Counted from the first letter of the stretch, positions 27,803 through 36,665 are shown. The stretch is DNA of 64,000 bases from Desulfobacterales bacterium (GCA_028277765.1 JANQFQ010000051.1:115849-179848); one strand, 5' to 3'. The notes: a model not told the origin generated them from the letters alone. A program made the numbers and translations.

Positions 27803-28184
27803 TGGAATGAAAATTAAATTTCAAGGTTTCATACCAGTATTTCTGCTCTTTGGCAGAAAAAACAAATAATTGGTTGCACTGAACACATTCCCTTTCAATA
27901 TCAACATAAAAATATTTTGGTGTATGGCACATATGGCAGAACATCTGCTCTCGAATATTGCCAGCCACCGCATTTTTAGGAAGTTTCGGTTTATAATCCG
28001 GATCATAACCCCATGTTTTATTTTTTTTGCCATTGAAACCAATGGTTGTTTTTTCAATCATTGGAATCTCACCAAATAATGGATGAGAAACAAATCGTCT
28101 ATTGTCAGCCAAAGATTTCTTATACTTTCTTTTCTTTAACTTCTTCTTTTCTTTCTTTGAATATGCTGATCGTCGAACACGCAT
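27741..28184 (-). CDS. Basic zinc-ribbon protein (CHMCH..CVQC..CVSC), 147 aa
   Basis: Lys/Arg-rich N-terminus, three Cys pairs; ORF only. Confidence 0.4.
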   Translation of the reverse strand: MRVRRSAYSKKEKKKLKKRKYKKSLADNRRFVSHPLFGEIPMIEKTTIGFNGKKNKTWGYDPDYKPKLPKNAVAGNIREQMFCHMCHTPKYFYVDIERECVQCNQLFVFSAKEQKYWYETLKFNFHSSAIRCVSCRRKQRSDKSANG

Positions 28185-28212
28185 TTTATTCTAATCCTTA
28201 ACCGTTCAAAGG

Positions 28213-28293
28213 ATATGGTGGGCACAGCCCACCCTACAAATCAATCGATCTGTAGCTTTGATAAACCGTAGGGTGGGCTGTGCCCACCATCTC
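28213..28293. repeat. Long perfect palindrome R1, copy 2
   Basis: ATGGTGGGCACAGCCCACCCTAC ... GTAGGGTGGGCTGTGCCCACCAT. Confidence 0.7.
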
Positions 28294-28305
28294 ACTTCCC
28301 AATAT

Positions 28306-28352
28306 GGGCGAGGAGTAATTTTCAAGGTTTTTTAAAGGAACTCCCTGTGCCC
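28306..28352 (-). ncRNA. Hairpin module A' (third copy)
   Basis: gggcgaggagtaattttcaaggttttttaaaggaactccctgtgccc on the + strand, about 125 bp upstream (RNA sense) of the rtcB start region. Confidence 0.55.
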
Positions 28353-28361
28353 AATTATTCA

Positions 28362-28428
28362 GCTTTAAGTAGGTTGCCTGCTTGCCCATGTTGGGTTGAA
28401 AACCGTAACCCAACCTACAAATTAGCGT
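28362..28428. repeat. R2 hairpin element, copy 2
   Basis: taggttgcctgcttgcccatgttgggttgaaaaccgtaacccaacctacaa. Confidence 0.55.
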
Positions 28429-28477
28429 TTGTAAAACAAGATGGGATAAAGGCGAAACCCAACACTTTTGGATTATA

Positions 28478-29683
28478 TCAACCTTTTACCACCCCTAACG
28501 GTCTCAGTTTAACAAGCGGCTTAATCAGATCCAGTTCTGCTTCAATGACCGCGTCAATATCTTTATACGCCTGTGGTGCTTCGCTGAGATCGACCATCCC
28601 TTTTGTTTTACCTCTTTTTACTTTGCTCCACCGGTCATACACGATCCCTTCCATGGCCTTGTCGCATTCTTCAGGCGTTAATGCCCGTGTTGCCTGCATC
28701 CTTCCCATGACACGGCCTGCGCCGTGAGAACAGGACATAAAGGATTCAATGTTTCCGAGCCCTTTCACAATATATGACGATGTCCCCATGGAACCTGGAA
28801 TAATCCCGGTTTCATCCTGTTTGGCTGATGTAGCGCCTTTTCTGTGGACCCAGACATTTTTGCCAAAATGATTTTCCAGAGCAGCATAATTATGGTGTAT
28901 ATTCACCTGGTTTCCAAATTCAGCATCCTTATAAACTGATGTAAAAGCGTCTATAAATCTGTCCATAATTCGCTGCCTGTTCTCTCTTGCATATGCAAGG
29001 GCGAAATTCATATCTTTGATATAATCCTGGCCCTCCTGTGTGTTTACCGGTAAAAACGCTAGGTCCTTGTTCGGGATATTCGAATGGAACTTCCGGTTTA
29101 ACTCAAGGGCACGGTCATTATAAAACCTTGCAATCATATTGCCCAGGTGTCTTGACCCGGAATGGATCATCAGCCACACATGGTTATCATCACCTGCCTG
29201 GATTTCAATAAAATGATTGCCGCCACCCAGGGTTCCCAGATTTCTGCAGGCAAGATCCCTTACATGGGCAGAAAACCATTTTCTGTCACTATATGAATCA
29301 ATATCGTCTTCAAACCCTTCCCATGTCTGTTCTTTTTTATGTGCCTTGCCTTCGCCGCATGGAACCGTTTTCTTAATCATGTTGACAACTTCCCTGAGCT
29401 GTTCTCTGGTGGTATTTTCAACTTCGATACTTGTCCTCACAGCCCCCATCCCACAGCCGATATCCACACCAACAGCATTTGGAATCACCGTATTTGTGCA
29501 GGCAATCACACCGCCAATCGGCATCCCATACCCCTGATGACAGTCCGGCATCAGCGCCACATGGCGAAACACAGCCGGGTGCTGTGCTAAATCCGCAGCC
29601 TGATCCATTGCCCCATCTTCAATATCTTTACACCATGATTTGACCGGTACTCTAAAATTATCTTCCTGTTTTATCCATTCCAT
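28478..29683 (-). CDS. rtcB: RNA-splicing ligase RtcB (3'-phosphate/5'-OH RNA ligase)
   Basis: GTLGGGNHFIEIQ, HSGSRHLG and other RtcB blocks; 401 aa. Confidence 0.9.
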   Translation of the reverse strand: MEWIKQEDNFRVPVKSWCKDIEDGAMDQAADLAQHPAVFRHVALMPDCHQGYGMPIGGVIACTNTVIPNAVGVDIGCGMGAVRTSIEVENTTREQLREVVNMIKKTVPCGEGKAHKKEQTWEGFEDDIDSYSDRKWFSAHVRDLACRNLGTLGGGNHFIEIQAGDDNHVWLMIHSGSRHLGNMIARFYNDRALELNRKFHSNIPNKDLAFLPVNTQEGQDYIKDMNFALAYARENRQRIMDRFIDAFTSVYKDAEFGNQVNIHHNYAALENHFGKNVWVHRKGATSAKQDETGIIPGSMGTSSYIVKGLGNIESFMSCSHGAGRVMGRMQATRALTPEECDKAMEGIVYDRWSKVKRGKTKGMVDLSEAPQAYKDIDAVIEAELDLIKPLVKLRPLGVVKG

Positions 29684-29698
29684 AATAACACCTCTTTT

Positions 29699-30127
29699 TC
29701 ACTGCCATTGTTTTAACGCGAAATATGGTCCTAATCCAATGCTCTGCTCATGGGTAAAGGCCATAGTCCATTCCATATCTTCAGGAAAAACATAATAATC
29801 ACCAAAAGCTGATAGATCATGAAGCGTTTTAGAACAGCATTTGTATCCCAGGTTATCGTCTTTCTCAGAGAGTACATAATATTCTTTTGATGATACATTC
29901 TTATATAATTCAATAGCTCTTGCCCCAAGCTTGTGAATGGCGAAGTCGAAACTGAATGTATGCCAGTTATAATCGCCATAAATCCACTTTCCTTTTTTTT
30001 CCTTGATGATCTTTGAAAATGTTTCTCGCCATTTTTGCTGTAATTTCCAAGTTTCTTTTTTTGTAAGCTGGAAATATTGTATTGAATGTTCTTCAAAAAA
30101 TGTTTCTAGCATTTTCTTTAATTTCAA
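29699..30127 (-). CDS. Hypothetical protein (142 aa) inserted between rtcA and rtcB
   Basis: ORF with upstream spacing consistent with the operon. No recognisable domain. Confidence 0.45.
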   Translation of the reverse strand: MKLKKMLETFFEEHSIQYFQLTKKETWKLQQKWRETFSKIIKEKKGKWIYGDYNWHTFSFDFAIHKLGARAIELYKNVSSKEYYVLSEKDDNLGYKCCSKTLHDLSAFGDYYVFPEDMEWTMAFTHEQSIGLGPYFALKQWQ

Positions 30128-30338
30128 ATAATTGAATTTTTCACCTCTTAATATCTACAACCTGTTTTATCCTGTCAATTTTGTCTTTTTGCCATATTAA
30201 AAAAGACAGAATTTCATAAAGCACTTTCTTTAAAACCCGATCACGACCACGACCACCGCTCCGCTGATCACGACCACGAATTATAATGGCAGAGCGAAGC
30301 GATACATCAACTTTAGGCACTTATAACTTTAGTGCACT

Positions 30339-31358
30339 TTAGGCACTTTTTATGTCAATCTCCCACTCATTCTGCCCATATTCTTGCATATCAATGTCAA
30401 CATCCAGAAACTCTTTAATAATATCAATATTCGTCCTTGTATGTTTTGTCGGTGAAAGCGTTCTGAATTTACCTCCACCGGCCATGGCCATTGGAATCAG
30501 TAACTGATCCGCAAGATATCTGCCCACTGGCACATCATATGCCAGATATTCCCGTACAGATTTTGCTGTCCGGTTTGCCACCTTTTCCGCTGAAACGCCT
30601 CTTTCACCAAATCCCGTGAAAACCTCTGTAATATATTCACTTTCAATCTCTATTGTCAGAATATTCCCCGGGCCCTGAGAGTTTTCAACTTCAACCGTTC
30701 TTAATTCTTCCCTGTTCCATTCCAGCTTTTCCTTGATCACTTTAATCTCCCTGTGCGCGATCTTCACCGGCAGGTTTGCCACAACCGCGCTGGCGATTTT
30801 CCTGACAGTTTTTCCGCGATCCAGAAGATCAATACTATTAAGCTTTGTAGGATTAATCGTCACCTTAAATCTGCCTCCGCCTGCTGGATAAAAGCCCGGC
30901 TTTTCAAGCACAGCATCAACCCTTGGCCCCATCCGCTTAATCACCGGCAGAAAAGCTTTTTCAAGAAAGTCAAAAGGCGGAGCATATGGATTATGCGTTC
31001 CCCCTTCCAGAACAATCTCTGAAGGACCATCTGCAACTATTAGCGCCGGTAAAATAGTTTGAAAAACCAGGGTGCAGCTTCCGGCAGAGCCGATGGCAAA
31101 ATGATAATTGCCCGGTTTGATGGTTTCAGGCTCAAATGTAAACGCCTGTGAACCGATCCGGTTTCCCTGGATAGCAGCCTTGCCGATCTCTGCCGCGGCA
31201 TTTACCGCAGTAAGATGCTGACGCATCAGTCCCGGCTTTTTTCGCCCAGCCCGGATATTGCTTATTGTAAACGGCTTTCCTGTTACCAACGAAAGCGCAA
31301 GGGACGTTCTTAGAATCTGACCGCCGCCTTCACCATATGAACCGTCAATTAAAATCAT
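30339..31358 (-). CDS. rtcA: RNA 3'-terminal phosphate cyclase RtcA
   Basis: MILIDGSYGEGGGQILRTSLALSLVTGKPF..RQHLTAV N-terminal signature; 339 aa. Confidence 0.9.
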   Translation of the reverse strand: MILIDGSYGEGGGQILRTSLALSLVTGKPFTISNIRAGRKKPGLMRQHLTAVNAAAEIGKAAIQGNRIGSQAFTFEPETIKPGNYHFAIGSAGSCTLVFQTILPALIVADGPSEIVLEGGTHNPYAPPFDFLEKAFLPVIKRMGPRVDAVLEKPGFYPAGGGRFKVTINPTKLNSIDLLDRGKTVRKIASAVVANLPVKIAHREIKVIKEKLEWNREELRTVEVENSQGPGNILTIEIESEYITEVFTGFGERGVSAEKVANRTAKSVREYLAYDVPVGRYLADQLLIPMAMAGGGKFRTLSPTKHTRTNIDIIKEFLDVDIDMQEYGQNEWEIDIKSA

Positions 31359-31447
31359 TAGTATTTCCTTTTTAAAATTTGTTCAGATACAGAAACGATT
31401 ATGATGGGATGCTCCACCTTTTAGCAGAACATCCCATCAGTTAAAGG

Positions 31448-32554
31448 TTATAATAAATTAACAACCCTGTCAGCAAGTCCCTTTTCACCCAGCACAACAT
31501 TGAGCTTTGAATTTCCTGCAACTTTCTCAAGAACATCCAGCTCTCGCAGGCGCATAAGTGTTGGGTTGTTGTCCAGGAGTTTAGCTGTATTGGCCTGGCT
31601 ACGCATAGCAGCTGTCTCTTCTCTACGCGTAATCAGGTTGGCATCTGCTGCTTTCTGGGCCTCGATGACTTTATTCATGAGGTCCTTCATATCTCCTGGC
31701 AGAATCACGTCCCTGATACCAAGTGCCAGCACATCAATACCGAATTCAGCTACTCGCTCCTTTATCGTATCTTCCAGATCTTTTGCCACTCTCTCTTTGT
31801 CGCTCAGGAGTGTATCCAGATCAAATGTTCCAATAACAGCCCGTAACGCCAGCTGTGCTTCACGGTATACAGCGTTTTTGCTGTCATCCACAACAGACAC
31901 GGACTTAAGCGCGTCCACAACCTTGTAAGTAATCACGGCATTCATTCGCAGTGTCACCTTGTCAGAGGTCATGATCTCCTGGCCGGATACATCCATTACC
32001 GTCTCACGCATATCAACATGATAAAATTTTACTTTTCCCATATTTCTCCAGAACATGTACTGGCCTGGTCCGAAAGTATCTACATGTACACCGTCTTTAA
32101 AGTAAACACCTGCAAAACCCTGCTCAACATTAGAAATGTTCAGTGCATGTTCTACGCCACTGGATTTCGCGATGATGTTAAGGTCCTTGTGATTAAATCG
32201 CACATCTCTCGCATCCACAACTTCAACTTTTACATTGCGAAATTTTGTCCAAAGTGCGTATAAACCTGGATCCAGAACCATTTCAAACCGTCCGTCAATC
32301 CAGACCAGTCCCCGCTGGTGATCCTTAAGGTCAAGGACTTCCGCGTGACCTTTCAAAGCGCCTGACTTTACAATCATGTCAAGGTCTTCATGCATAAACC
32401 AGGCATCCCGCTGGGAAACAACGGCTACCTTGACATTGCATAAAGGATCGACGAACCAGTGACGCCCTTTTCCTAAAAGGCCTTTGAATTCACGATCCCG
32501 AAAGTATAATCCTTTTTCATAAGAACGAATTTTTTTAGTTTTGATTAAGAACAT
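31448..32554 (-). CDS. SPFH/band-7 (stomatin/flotillin-like) domain protein
   Basis: PHB-domain region plus C-terminal coiled-coil (..EAQKAADANLITRREETAAMRSQANTAKLL..); 368 aa. Confidence 0.75.
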   Translation of the reverse strand: MFLIKTKKIRSYEKGLYFRDREFKGLLGKGRHWFVDPLCNVKVAVVSQRDAWFMHEDLDMIVKSGALKGHAEVLDLKDHQRGLVWIDGRFEMVLDPGLYALWTKFRNVKVEVVDARDVRFNHKDLNIIAKSSGVEHALNISNVEQGFAGVYFKDGVHVDTFGPGQYMFWRNMGKVKFYHVDMRETVMDVSGQEIMTSDKVTLRMNAVITYKVVDALKSVSVVDDSKNAVYREAQLALRAVIGTFDLDTLLSDKERVAKDLEDTIKERVAEFGIDVLALGIRDVILPGDMKDLMNKVIEAQKAADANLITRREETAAMRSQANTAKLLDNNPTLMRLRELDVLEKVAGNSKLNVVLGEKGLADRVVNLL

Positions 32555-32837
32555 TTTCCTCTCCTTTCCCCTGAATTACTTTTCGGGACACTGTTATTAA
32601 TACGCCGGGTGAAATAAACCGTTGGGAAGTAAGCTGAAACCCTTCCACACTTAACATGCGGAGCACTATTTGAGCTTCCTGGTCCTTCAGGCTGTCTGGC
32701 ATTTTATCTAAACAATTGCAAAACCCTTCTAGCCTGGGTTTAGTAAACAGAATTGATATCATGCCTCTAACCTGAAATCCCATGTGAAGCGGTATCCACG
32801 CGCTGCATGGCATGTTGCCAAGTGCTGTCTTTTCCAA
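32535..32837 (-). CDS. Doubtful small ORF upstream of the SPFH gene (TTG start; could be NfeD-like or non-coding)
   Basis: ORF-track start is TTG; first ATG is at codon 9. No SD. Position is analogous to NfeD partners of SPFH genes. Confidence 0.2.
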   Translation of the reverse strand: MEKTALGNMPCSAWIPLHMGFQVRGMISILFTKPRLEGFCNCLDKMPDSLKDQEAQIVLRMLSVEGFQLTSQRFISPGVLITVSRKVIQGKGEENVLNQN

Positions 32838-33011
32838 ACATCAGCTTTTGCCGCCGCCTGATGACGTCCATCATACTGACTGGATATGTTTTCAGGCCAT
32901 CCGGTCCCGGCTGCGTGTCCGGATAAAACCGGCTGGATAACCGCTCACTCCCCTCGGGCCTTTTTAGGAGATCGTTTTCAGCGATCTAAGAGGGTTTTCA
33001 TCCCTTTGGCT

Positions 33012-33085
33012 TGGAGCAGGAATCGAACCTGCAACGCCCGTGTTATAAGCACGGTGCTCTACCAATTGAGCTATCCTCTTCTGAT
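33012..33085 (-). ncRNA. tRNA-like leader RNA: canonical D-arm, anticodon arm (loop cuUAUaa) and T-arm, but the 3' acceptor strand is interrupted by a ~22-nt insertion
   Basis: AAGAGGA-UA-GCUC-AAUUGGUAGA-GCAC-CGUGC-uuauaac-ACGGG-CGUU-GCAGG-UUCGAUU-CCUGC-UCC[aagccaaagggaugaaaaccc]UCUU. Lies between the sigma54 promoter and the first operon ORF. Confidence 0.55.
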
Positions 33086-33201
33086 ATCTGACCATCATTG
33101 ATCCCATGTTCGGTACACACAGCATTGACCGCATTGCTGAATGAAGTGCGCCGCTGGCCCGGCGGATATCAGTTTGTTAAAGAACAATTGCCGTGTAATA
33201 G

Positions 33202-33216
33202 AGCAATGGATGTGCC
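33202..33216 (-). promoter_or_regulatory. Sigma54 (RpoN) -24/-12 promoter, TGGCAC-N5-TTGC, reading into the rtc operon
   Basis: + strand gcaatggatgtgcca; reverse complement is TGGCACATCCATTGC, a perfect GG-N10-GC consensus. Divergent from rtcR, as in E. coli rtcBA. Confidence 0.75.
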
Positions 33217-33383
33217 ATCCATGACAAAAAGTGTGCGATTGCTATTTAATGGTTTGATTTTATATAAAATATTTTTTTTGACATGCGGATTTGTCTCTTG
33301 ACCTGGAAAAAGATTTTGGCTATAATTTTATAAAATATTATAAATTTATAGAAAATATTATATCAAAATGGTATAGGTTTCAT

Positions 33384-33419
33384 TTGAATAACAAACGACA
33401 CTATTCAACTCAGCTTTAT
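33384..33419 (+). promoter_or_regulatory. Palindrome TTGAATAAC-N7-ACTATTCAA plus CTCAGCTTTAT abutting the rtcR ATG (copy 2)
   Basis: Same 35-bp sequence as 18921-18955 (one arm mismatch). Confidence 0.5.
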
Positions 33420-35021
33420 ATGAAAAAAAAAGTTGTCATAGGGCTTCTTGGCCCGACTTTAGACATAGGAAAACGCTCAAAACGATGGGAACGATGGCGT
33501 CCCACGGTTGCCTTGTGCCAGCATGAGGATTTACTGGTAAGCCGTTTTGATTTGTTGTATCAAAAAAAGTTCAAGTCTCTCCAGGACCGTGTGGTCAAGG
33601 ATATTAAGCACATTTCACCAGAAACAGAAGTTATCTCACATGAAATTGACCTCCATGATCCTTGGGATTTTGAGGAGGTTTACGCAGCCCTACATGACTT
33701 CACAAAAGCCTATACATTTAATCAGGACAATGAAGACTACCTGGTACACATAACTACCGGGACACACGTTGCTCAGATATGCCTCTACTTGCTTACTGAA
33801 TCAAACTATCTTCCTGCCAGACTGGTCCAGACAAGTCCTTCCTCAGGAAAAAACAAGGACAATGATGTTAGCGGCGAATACCGGATCATCGATCTTGACC
33901 TGTCCAAGTACGACAGGATCGCCATGCGGTTCAGGCAGGAAATGGATGATGATATTACCTTTTTAAAATCCGGCATCGAGACACGCAACAAAGCGTTTAA
34001 TGTGTTGATTGAACGGATTGAACAAGTTGCCATGAACTCGGTTGATCCGGTTTTGCTCACAGGGCCCACCGGTGCCGGGAAATCAAATCTTGCGAGACGT
34101 ATTTATGAGCTTAAAAAAACACGGCGCCAGCTTAAAGGTGCTTTCATAGAGGTGAATTGCGCCACTCTCCGTGGCGATGCTGCCATGTCAGCCTTGTTTG
34201 GACATAAAAAAGGCGCGTTTACCGGGGCAACCCAGGACAGAAATGGACTTTTGCGGGCAGCAGACAAGGGTATGCTTTTCCTGGATGAAGTTGGCGAACT
34301 CGGTCTTGATGAGCAATCCATGCTTCTTCGCGCTATTGAAGAAAAGCGGTTTCTTCCAGTAGGTTCGGACAATGAGACGGAATCAGACTTTCAGCTCATT
34401 TGCGGTACAAACCGCGATCTTCATATTGACGTGACGAACGGCCGTTTCAGGGAAGACCTTCTTTCTCGCATAAATCTATGGACTTTTCATATGCCGGGCC
34501 TTACGCAAAGACCGGAAGATATTGAACCGAACCTGAGATACGAACTCGATCGGTTTGCGGAGAGGAACAATACACATGTTACCTTTAATAAAGAGGCTAG
34601 AAAAAAATTCCTTACTTTTGCGACATCGCCTGTTGCATTATGGTCAGCCAATTTCAGGGATCTGAACGGTGCCATAACCCGCATGGCAACCCTAGCGCCG
34701 GGAGGCCGGATCACTAAAGAGGTTGTGCAGGAAGAGATATCTAGGTTGAAAGTCTTGTGGCATACAGCTGAAACAGATAGCCGTCATACACTTTTAAATG
34801 AGGTGATCGGTTCTGAAAAAGTAAAGGAGCTTGATCTCTTTGAGAAAAATCAGCTACTTGAGGTTTTGCTAGTATGTAGGGAATCAAAAAACATATCAGA
34901 TGCCGGCCGCAAACTATTTGCCGTGTCACGAGAGAACAAAAAGAAGACCAATGATTCAGACCGCCTTCGGAAATACCTGTCGCGTTATAATATAAGTTGG
35001 GAAGATCTTACGAAACCGTAA
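33420..35021 (+). CDS. rtcR: Sigma54-dependent transcriptional regulator RtcR (CARF-like N-domain + AAA+ + HTH)
   Basis: 533 aa, colinear with E. coli RtcR along the whole length: WRPT..CQ, HITTGTHVAQIC, LLTGPTGAGKS, GAFTGA, FREDL..RINLWTF, DADRLRKYL. Start set at MKKKVVIGLLG rather than the longer ORF. Confidence 0.92.
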   Translation: MKKKVVIGLLGPTLDIGKRSKRWERWRPTVALCQHEDLLVSRFDLLYQKKFKSLQDRVVKDIKHISPETEVISHEIDLHDPWDFEEVYAALHDFTKAYTFNQDNEDYLVHITTGTHVAQICLYLLTESNYLPARLVQTSPSSGKNKDNDVSGEYRIIDLDLSKYDRIAMRFRQEMDDDITFLKSGIETRNKAFNVLIERIEQVAMNSVDPVLLTGPTGAGKSNLARRIYELKKTRRQLKGAFIEVNCATLRGDAAMSALFGHKKGAFTGATQDRNGLLRAADKGMLFLDEVGELGLDEQSMLLRAIEEKRFLPVGSDNETESDFQLICGTNRDLHIDVTNGRFREDLLSRINLWTFHMPGLTQRPEDIEPNLRYELDRFAERNNTHVTFNKEARKKFLTFATSPVALWSANFRDLNGAITRMATLAPGGRITKEVVQEEISRLKVLWHTAETDSRHTLLNEVIGSEKVKELDLFEKNQLLEVLLVCRESKNISDAGRKLFAVSRENKKKTNDSDRLRKYLSRYNISWEDLTKP

Positions 35022-35447
35022 CTATTTTACCTTAGAAAAAATTCCAATATAAGGCCCTTTTTTTATGCGGAAAACAATCAGGGCGAGCTTGAGCGTTTCA
35101 CACACAGGCAGCATGACCTTCCAGTAAATATCAGGCCTATTGAAAAGGGAGATGGTAATGATGACAAAGGGAACATACCAGAAAATCTCCAGCCGATTAC
35201 CAATCCTGAATATATTGCAGAACATGAAAAAAGATACCCCAAGATATAATGGTATCAGATAGATGCTGGTCCCTGGAAAAAAATAACGGAAACCCAAACT
35301 GACAAAGATCAGCAAAACGATTAACAAAAGATCGATCAAGTTAAACCGGAAACCAGGTGATCGTTGTATCTTAAATGTAAGCCACTTCATCCAGGAGGTT
35401 CCCTTCTTTGTTAAAGGTGAGGGTTGTTCTACAGAACTTGCCGCCAA
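35022..35447 (-). CDS. Small membrane protein (hypothetical)
   Basis: Two or three hydrophobic helices; overlaps the next gene, so the start is uncertain. Confidence 0.35.
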   Translation of the reverse strand: MAASSVEQPSPLTKKGTSWMKWLTFKIQRSPGFRFNLIDLLLIVLLIFVSLGFRYFFPGTSIYLIPLYLGVSFFMFCNIFRIGNRLEIFWYVPFVIITISLFNRPDIYWKVMLPVCETLKLALIVFRIKKGPYIGIFSKVK

Positions 35448-36252
35448 AATTTCTTACCGCAAGGTCCTGCGCGATAATCGTTGTCTCGTCCGATACCTCA
35501 ACAACATTTGTAATCATTAGGAATTTTGCAATGGAATGCATTTCATTAAAAACAACACTTTTTTCAGCCATTTTTAGGTGCCTTTCCAACGGCAGATCGA
35601 ACGTTTGCCTATCGCTTATCTTTTTATTCAACGCATTATACAGATATGTTTTTGCTGAATTATTGTTAACCTCAAGGATGTAAAACACAAAAGGATTAAG
35701 GCTGCTGGGGATAGCTTCCCGGCATTTCAGTTTATTGATTACATGAATATGGAGGATCTTTTTTATAAAAAAATAAAAAAAAAGCAGAATAAAATACACA
35801 AAACCCACGATTTTATATTGCCAAAAAAACAGAGCAGCACAGGCTGATCCGGTCATCAGCCATGCTGTAACATCTATAAAAAAGACCGCGTTAAGACTGT
35901 ATCGCTTTGATACCACCGGCCAGAACACGGCAATGCCGAATGTATTAAAAAGATCAAGAACCGAATGGAGCCAAAGCCCTCCCAGGGCAGCAAAGAAAAT
36001 AACCGGGCTGAAGTCAAAAAGGTAAAACAGAGGAAGGGAGACCAGAAAAGCTAACAAAGGAGAAAACAAAAAAGCATGCGTTGGACCCTGATGGTTTTTC
36101 AAATAAAACCGCTTGCCAAAAACCATCAGGAAAACATCAAGGTCTGGAAGAACGCTTGCGGCAAGAAAAGACGCGCCCGCGAGTTCATGACCGGAATAGG
36201 CGAGCACGCTGAACCCGATACCTCCTATAGCTGTATGGTGAACAATGTCCAT
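35371..36252 (-). CDS. Membrane-bound metal-dependent hydrolase (YdjM-like) with C-terminal extra domain
   Basis: HHTAIGG...PDLD...HQGPTHAF motif set typical of YdjM/DUF457 family. Confidence 0.55.
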   Translation of the reverse strand: MDIVHHTAIGGIGFSVLAYSGHELAGASFLAASVLPDLDVFLMVFGKRFYLKNHQGPTHAFLFSPLLAFLVSLPLFYLFDFSPVIFFAALGGLWLHSVLDLFNTFGIAVFWPVVSKRYSLNAVFFIDVTAWLMTGSACAALFFWQYKIVGFVYFILLFFYFFIKKILHIHVINKLKCREAIPSSLNPFVFYILEVNNNSAKTYLYNALNKKISDRQTFDLPLERHLKMAEKSVVFNEMHSIAKFLMITNVVEVSDETTIIAQDLAVRNFGGKFCRTTLTFNKEGNLLDEVAYI

Positions 36253-36326
36253 AATTTGTCCAGACCAGCACTTGATTTTACATACAATGTAAATTCTAAT
36301 CGTGTTTTATTTGTTTCGACAATTAT

Positions 36327-36372
36327 AAATCCGAAGCACGAAATTCGAAATCCGAAACAATATCAAATGACC
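36327..36372. repeat. 48-bp repeat copy B (forward) of the AAATCCGAAGCACGAAATTCGAAATCCGAAAC family
   Basis: Identical over ~46 bp to 19749-19795. Confidence 0.6.
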
Positions 36373-36665
36373 AAAATTCAAAAATTCAAACTCCATTTTA
36401 ATTGGTTTTAGTTGTTATAGCCAGCGTGATGGCTTAACATCTTTATTTAAGGCAATTGCATCAATAGAGCAAATATAATTTGACCTTACAATGTATGTTA
36501 AATAAAGTATTTACAAGAACAGATGTATCGGTCCGCTCTGGCACTTTTTTATATAACTTGGAAGAACACCTTAACTTAAGGCACTTGTAACTTATAACTT
36601 AAGGCGCTTATTTTATTTGACAAATTAAATCTGATGATATCTGACACCGTATCTAAAAACCTAGC

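Noticed and set aside
36520-36560. TGGCAC-N5 motif (ctggcacttttttatat) as a second sigma54 promoter
   Set aside because: The -12 element is TATA rather than TTGC(A/T), so it does not fit GG-N10-GC.
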